Source: Escherichia phage TH12
Sequence record: MT446390.1
DNA length: 64,000 nt
Strand: one strand, 5' to 3'
Shown here: positions 59,884 through 64,000 of the stretch, piece after piece
Layout of the letters: each line of letters begins with the position of its first letter
How positions within the stretch are numbered: the stretch's first letter is position 1
Program-made: the position numbers and the translations under genes
The notes under the pieces: model-generated
Database searches by the model: none
What the model was told of the DNA's origin: nothing
What the model saw: the letters and a program-made list of their open reading frames with translations, nothing else

Positions 59884-60891
59884 ATGTTTAAGAAATACAG
59901 CAGTCTTGAAAACCACTACAACTCTAAGTTTATTGAAAAACTCTACACTAATGGTTTGACTACTGGTGTTTGGGTAGCACGTGAGAAAATCCATGGGACT
60001 AACTTCTCGTTAATAATTGAAAGTGACAACGTCACATGCGCCAAGCGCACAGGCCCTATTCTTCCAGCAGAAGATTTTTATGGTTATGAAATCGTACTCA
60101 AGAAGTATGATAAAGCTATTAAAGCCGTTCAAGAAGTCATGGACAGTATTTCAACTTCAGTGCCGGTGTCATATCAAGTCTTTGGTGAATTCGCTGGTGG
60201 TGGAATCCAGAAAGGTGTTGACTATGGTGAAAAAGATTTCTATGTATTCGATATCATCATAAACACAGAAAGTGCTGATACTTATTACATGAGTGATTAC
60301 GAAATGCAAGATTTCTGTAATGAATTCGGTTTTAAAATGGCACCAATGCTTGGTCGTGGAACATTTGATTCTCTTATCATGATTCCAAATGACCTTGATT
60401 CCGTCTTAGCCGCTTATAACACTACGGCATCGGAAGACCTTGTCGAAGCAAATAATTGTGTATTTGATGCTAATGTTATTGGTGATAATACTGCAGAAGG
60501 TTATGTTCTGAAGCCTTGTTTCCCTAAATGGCTGCCAAACGGTACTCGTGTAGCGATTAAGTGCAAGAACTCTAAATTCAGTGAAAAGAAAAAGTCTGAT
60601 AAGCCTATTAAAACTCAGGTTCCATTAACCGAAATTGACAAAAACTTGCTTGATGTTCTAGCTTGTTATGTTACATTAAATCGTGTTAACAATGTGATTT
60701 CTAAGATTGGGGCTGTAACGCCAAAAGATTTTGGCAAAGTGATGGGACTAACTGTTCAAGATATTTTGGAAGAAACTTCTCGTGAAGGTATTGTATTAAC
60801 ATCATCTGATAATCCGAATCTTGTTAAGAAAGAATTAGTCCGAATGGTGCAAGATGTTCTGCGTCCTGCATGGATTGAATTAATATCATAA
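59884..60891 (+). CDS. rnlB: RNA ligase 2
   Basis: 335 aa; [21 protein letters not shown]...[16 protein letters not shown] (adenylation lysine motif KIHG) matches recalled T4 Rnl2. Confidence 0.9.
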   Translation: MFKKYSSLENHYNSKFIEKLYTNGLTTGVWVAREKIHGTNFSLIIESDNVTCAKRTGPILPAEDFYGYEIVLKKYDKAIKAVQEVMDSISTSVPVSYQVFGEFAGGGIQKGVDYGEKDFYVFDIIINTESADTYYMSDYEMQDFCNEFGFKMAPMLGRGTFDSLIMIPNDLDSVLAAYNTTASEDLVEANNCVFDANVIGDNTAEGYVLKPCFPKWLPNGTRVAIKCKNSKFSEKKKSDKPIKTQVPLTEIDKNLLDVLACYVTLNRVNNVISKIGAVTPKDFGKVMGLTVQDILEETSREGIVLTSSDNPNLVKKELVRMVQDVLRPAWIELIS

Positions 60892-60893
60892 CG

Positions 60894-60919
60894 AAAAAGG
60901 GACCTTACGGTCCCTTTTT
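60894..60919. terminator. bidirectional terminator between convergent rnlB and gene 24
   Basis: A5-GGGACC-TTAC-GGTCCC-T5. Confidence 0.65.
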
Positions 60920-60922
60920 CGT

Positions 60923-62206
60923 TTATTCATCTATAATAATTTTAGGCAATTTAACACCGAGTAAAACAGACAAGTCTGAACGTCCTGCCATTTTATCCAT
61001 GTCCCCGCCATCAATTATTCTCGCTTCTTTTTCGTCTTTTGCTACTGTGTAAGGATTTGCTGATAAAGCGTATCTAACTAATAAACCGATAGACGGTTGC
61101 AAGCTTTCCGGGTCAACTACAACTTTAAATGCACCAACATGTTCCGGGTCATCTAAGTCGAGACCTTCTGTATACGGAGCATAGAAAATTGATCCAACAA
61201 TTTCTTTTTCACCGATATTTTCTACTACGCCAACGATCACATAATCTAATGGACTGTTAGTATCGCAGTAAAGAGGTAATCCATTTGCCAAGAATCCATA
61301 AGCATTTTGTGAAAGATACTTATCATCTTCTGGTTTATGTTTTAACCAACCTGAAGCAGCAAGAATAGCAGCTGCACGAGCTGAAGCTACGCAAAACGTT
61401 GCAGTATAAGTTGACTCTTTTTGAATGTGTGATACCATTTCACACACCATTCGATATAACGAACGACCTGCTTCTGGAGCGGAAGCATAGCTCAAGTCAA
61501 TAAATCCAGTGTCAGTAATTCCAGTAACTTTATAACGTTTCGATACAGTAATTAAAGACTGAAGAATATCTTTATTAATTTCATCAGCCATTTCAGTAGC
61601 AAGCAAATCTTCTAAGAAGTTAGGGGCATCAAATCCATTCGCTTCTAAATCTTGCGCTAATTCAACCGTGAGGCCGGTTTTAAGTTTACGAGATTTGACT
61701 GAAGTTTGCCATTTATTAATCTGGAATCTTGCATCAGAAATTTCGCTACCGGAGCTTTCAAATTTGCTTGTCACCGCTGCATCTGAAAATAACCGTACCT
61801 TTAAATGAACGACCGCAATCTGAAGAGCTAATTCTAGATCACTTTCTTGAATATCTGCAAATGGTGTATCTTCTAGCACTTTATAGACGATATTATTATA
61901 TTTGAAAAAATCGCCTTTATTTAGTGTGACTTTTGATTCTTCTGTGAGCTCGGTAATTTTTTCTCGGTCTACATATCCAGCTTCACCTGCATAAGTAGCA
62001 CCAGTTTTAAACGTTAATTCGTTGTCTGGGTTAAGATATTTGATACCATAAAAAGCAGCAACAGGTTGATTAGTTCTTTGTGTTGCTACAATGTCAGAAT
62101 ATATTAATTTAGTCGTAGCGCGAGTCAAAGCAACGAGATTTGGGCGACCAATTGAGTTGCTAGTAGACGTTGTAGATTCACGCAATAATTTTTGGATTTT
62201 ACTCAT
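60923..62206 (-). CDS. 24: head vertex protein gp24
   Basis: 427 aa (T4 gp24 427 aa); paralogous to gp23 encoded next. Confidence 0.85.
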   Translation of the reverse strand: MSKIQKLLRESTTSTSNSIGRPNLVALTRATTKLIYSDIVATQRTNQPVAAFYGIKYLNPDNELTFKTGATYAGEAGYVDREKITELTEESKVTLNKGDFFKYNNIVYKVLEDTPFADIQESDLELALQIAVVHLKVRLFSDAAVTSKFESSGSEISDARFQINKWQTSVKSRKLKTGLTVELAQDLEANGFDAPNFLEDLLATEMADEINKDILQSLITVSKRYKVTGITDTGFIDLSYASAPEAGRSLYRMVCEMVSHIQKESTYTATFCVASARAAAILAASGWLKHKPEDDKYLSQNAYGFLANGLPLYCDTNSPLDYVIVGVVENIGEKEIVGSIFYAPYTEGLDLDDPEHVGAFKVVVDPESLQPSIGLLVRYALSANPYTVAKDEKEARIIDGGDMDKMAGRSDLSVLLGVKLPKIIIDE

Positions 62207-62232
62207 TGCATTTTTCCTTATGTGATATAGAT

Positions 62233-62240
62233 TATTTATA
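62233..62240 (-). promoter_or_regulatory. late promoter TATAAATA for gene 24
   Basis: Minus-strand TATAAATA ~27 nt upstream of the gene 24 ATG. Confidence 0.5.
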
Positions 62241-62306
62241 AAGATTGTTTACAACGTATTTGGTATGTGATACTATAGACTTATCAACTACAGAGGAGTA
62301 AACAAA

Positions 62307-62576
62307 ATGACTAAAGCACGTTTCTTACGAGATACTTTAAAAGTTCTGGAAGCTGAAGCAGTTAAGTTAGTAGAAAAATATGGTGCAAAAGTTAATGGTA
62401 ATGCCTTCAACAAAGTATGGATGAAAGTTGATTCTGAAGCTCGAGCTAAAGGTTATTGGGCTACTGATAAACTTGCATCATTCAAAAACAAAGACGGTTC
62501 TCCAGCATATGTCCAAGAAGGTATGCCTAATTGGCAAAATATTTTGAAAACTTACATCGAAATTGCACAGAAATAA
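62307..62576 (+). CDS. hypothetical protein (89 aa) between genes 24 and 23
   Basis: ORF with RBS GAGGAG and early-type promoter upstream; sits where T4 has segD. Confidence 0.55.
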   Translation: MTKARFLRDTLKVLEAEAVKLVEKYGAKVNGNAFNKVWMKVDSEARAKGYWATDKLASFKNKDGSPAYVQEGMPNWQNILKTYIEIAQK

Positions 62577-62577
62577 A

Positions 62578-62606
62578 ACCAAAAATGGGAGACCGAAGTC
62601 TCCCAA
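62578..62606 (-). terminator. hairpin terminator after gene 23 (also closes plus-strand ORF 62307)
   Basis: GGGAGAC-CGAA-GTCTCCC with T tract on the minus strand. Confidence 0.5.
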
Positions 62607-62628
62607 AATAAGATTTAATCAATTAAGA

Positions 62629-64000
62629 TTAGATGCCTTTTACATATACACGGCGGAAGTAAGCGTTCTTACCAAGGCTGTTCAGGATAGACGGCATACC
62701 GGACTGGATGCGAGCACCTGGAGCCTGCAGGGAACTTTCAGCAAACGGGTTAACACCGATACCGTAACGAGTTTTAAAGCCCATTACCGGCTGGAAGTTC
62801 TTAGGATCGGAACCACGCAGTGGGGTAAGTGCAACGTAAGGAGCATAGTAGATACCTGCATCCATTTCGTTAGCGCCTTTGTAACCAACGGTGAAGTAAT
62901 CCTGTTTAGCATACTGGTCGATGTATACGCGGTATTTACCACCAAGTACACCGGCAAATACAGACTTAGTAGTGTCGGTATTAAAACCAGAAGCCAGACC
63001 CTGTGCAGCGTAAGAAATACCAGTATCAACTGAAGCCAGTACGTTAACTACGTTACGGGAAGCGATAATGAAGTTACCTTCACCACGACCGGTTTGACGA
63101 GCAATTTCAACTGCTTCTTTATCAATCTGGAACAACAGAGATTTAAAGCTTTCACCAGCCCAACGAGCACCACGGATATCAATCGGGTCCTGGAAGTCAA
63201 ATACACCAGCTTTAGAACCAGGAGTCAGGGTCATACCAGATTTACCGACCTGTGCTGAGTAGTTAATCCAATCAACAACTTCACGGTTGATTTCTAGCAT
63301 AATTTCTGTAGCCAGAATACCGCTCAGTTCAGCATCAGCATCCATACCGTGTACTGCACGGAGGTCTTGTGCTAATTCGATAGAGTAAGCAGCTTTCAGC
63401 TGGCGAGATTTAGCTTCGATAACTTGTTTATCGATACGGAAGCCCATTTCATTCCATGGGTTATCGGTAGAACCGTTGAAACCTTCCTGGAGTTCAGCGA
63501 TAGAAGTAGCCATACCTTCAGCGATTTCTACCAGGGCACCAGCTTCCATTTGTTTCTTAACTTCTGCATCTAATTTAGCTGCATCAGTTGCACCAGAATC
63601 AAGTGTTACGATAGCAGAAGCTTGCAGATATACAGTACCAGTTTCTTGGAAGAAGTGAGTATAGATATCACCTACAACGGTGGTAGTGTCAGCAGCCAGA
63701 GCTGGGAATTTCTTAGCAGCACCCTGACCAGAGAACATCGCGTCTGGGGCATACATCGGATGGAAAGCTTCTTTAGCGCCAGCAGCGATAGGGTCTTTAC
63801 CATATACTGCACGGAGAGCAAATACCTGACCGGTCGGGCTGTTCATAGGCTGAACACCACAAATATCAAAAGCGATCAGATTAGGAATAGCACGACGAAC
63901 CATACCCATAACTGCCGGCCCAATTTGGGTTACTGCACCAGAGGTTTGACCTGCTGCAATATTCTGAGCATTATAACCGTGGTCACCACCAATTTCAGCT
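62629..64000 (-). CDS. 23: major capsid protein gp23, C-terminal ~457 codons; 5' end beyond window
   Basis: Translation matches recalled T4 gp23 (e.g. ...GKNAYFRRVYVKGI C-terminus); reading frame stays open to the window edge. Confidence 0.85.
   Translation of the reverse strand, partial: AEIGGDHGYNAQNIAAGQTSGAVTQIGPAVMGMVRRAIPNLIAFDICGVQPMNSPTGQVFALRAVYGKDPIAAGAKEAFHPMYAPDAMFSGQGAAKKFPALAADTTTVVGDIYTHFFQETGTVYLQASAIVTLDSGATDAAKLDAEVKKQMEAGALVEIAEGMATSIAELQEGFNGSTDNPWNEMGFRIDKQVIEAKSRQLKAAYSIELAQDLRAVHGMDADAELSGILATEIMLEINREVVDWINYSAQVGKSGMTLTPGSKAGVFDFQDPIDIRGARWAGESFKSLLFQIDKEAVEIARQTGRGEGNFIIASRNVVNVLASVDTGISYAAQGLASGFNTDTTKSVFAGVLGGKYRVYIDQYAKQDYFTVGYKGANEMDAGIYYAPYVALTPLRGSDPKNFQPVMGFKTRYGIGVNPFAESSLQAPGARIQSGMPSILNSLGKNAYFRRVYVKGI

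Noticed and set aside
62563-63033. Plus-strand 156-aa ORF, and other antisense ORFs inside large structural genes (221..598, 5104..5340, 11117..11843, 45211..45528, 48851..49180, 50194..50523)
   Set aside because: They lie entirely antisense within well-supported genes (23, rIIA, 52, 37, alt, 48, 29) and have no independent signals.

Overview
This window reads as a contiguous segment of a T-even (T4-like, Tequatrovirus-type) hydroxymethylcytosine phage genome, collinear with the T4 map from rIIA through to the 3' part of gene 23. Plus-strand early/middle genes include rIIA (partial), rIIB, ndd, 52, motA, asiA, rnh, dsbA, 33, 59, 32, frd, td, nrdA, nrdB, denA, rnlA, alc, the spanin pair, pseT, cd, 31, rIII, 30, alt, 26, 25, uvsY, hoc and rnlB. 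Minus-strand late genes include t, 38, 37, 36, 35, 34, then 54, 48, 29, 28, 27, 51, then uvsW and uvsW.1, then 24 and 23 (partial). Calls rest on ORF length, synteny and recall of T4 protein sequences; nothing was searched or computed beyond reading the sequence. I found no tRNA, rRNA or CRISPR array and no compelling candidate for a wholly undescribed multi-gene system. The accessory or unusual content is: (1) a class-I DAHP synthase (AroG/F/H-like) inserted beside cd; (2) a free-standing GIY-YIG homing endonuclease wedged between genes 33 and 59; (3) the td group I intron carrying I-TevI, while nrdB is intronless; (4) a T2/T6-type glycine-rich gp38 adhesin and a gp37 with a C-terminal intramolecular-chaperone-like domain; (5) repeated early-promoter cassettes of the PeSL type, several with the -10 element inside an inverted repeat; (6) two islands of small unknown ORFs (motA-asiA and rIII-gene 30).
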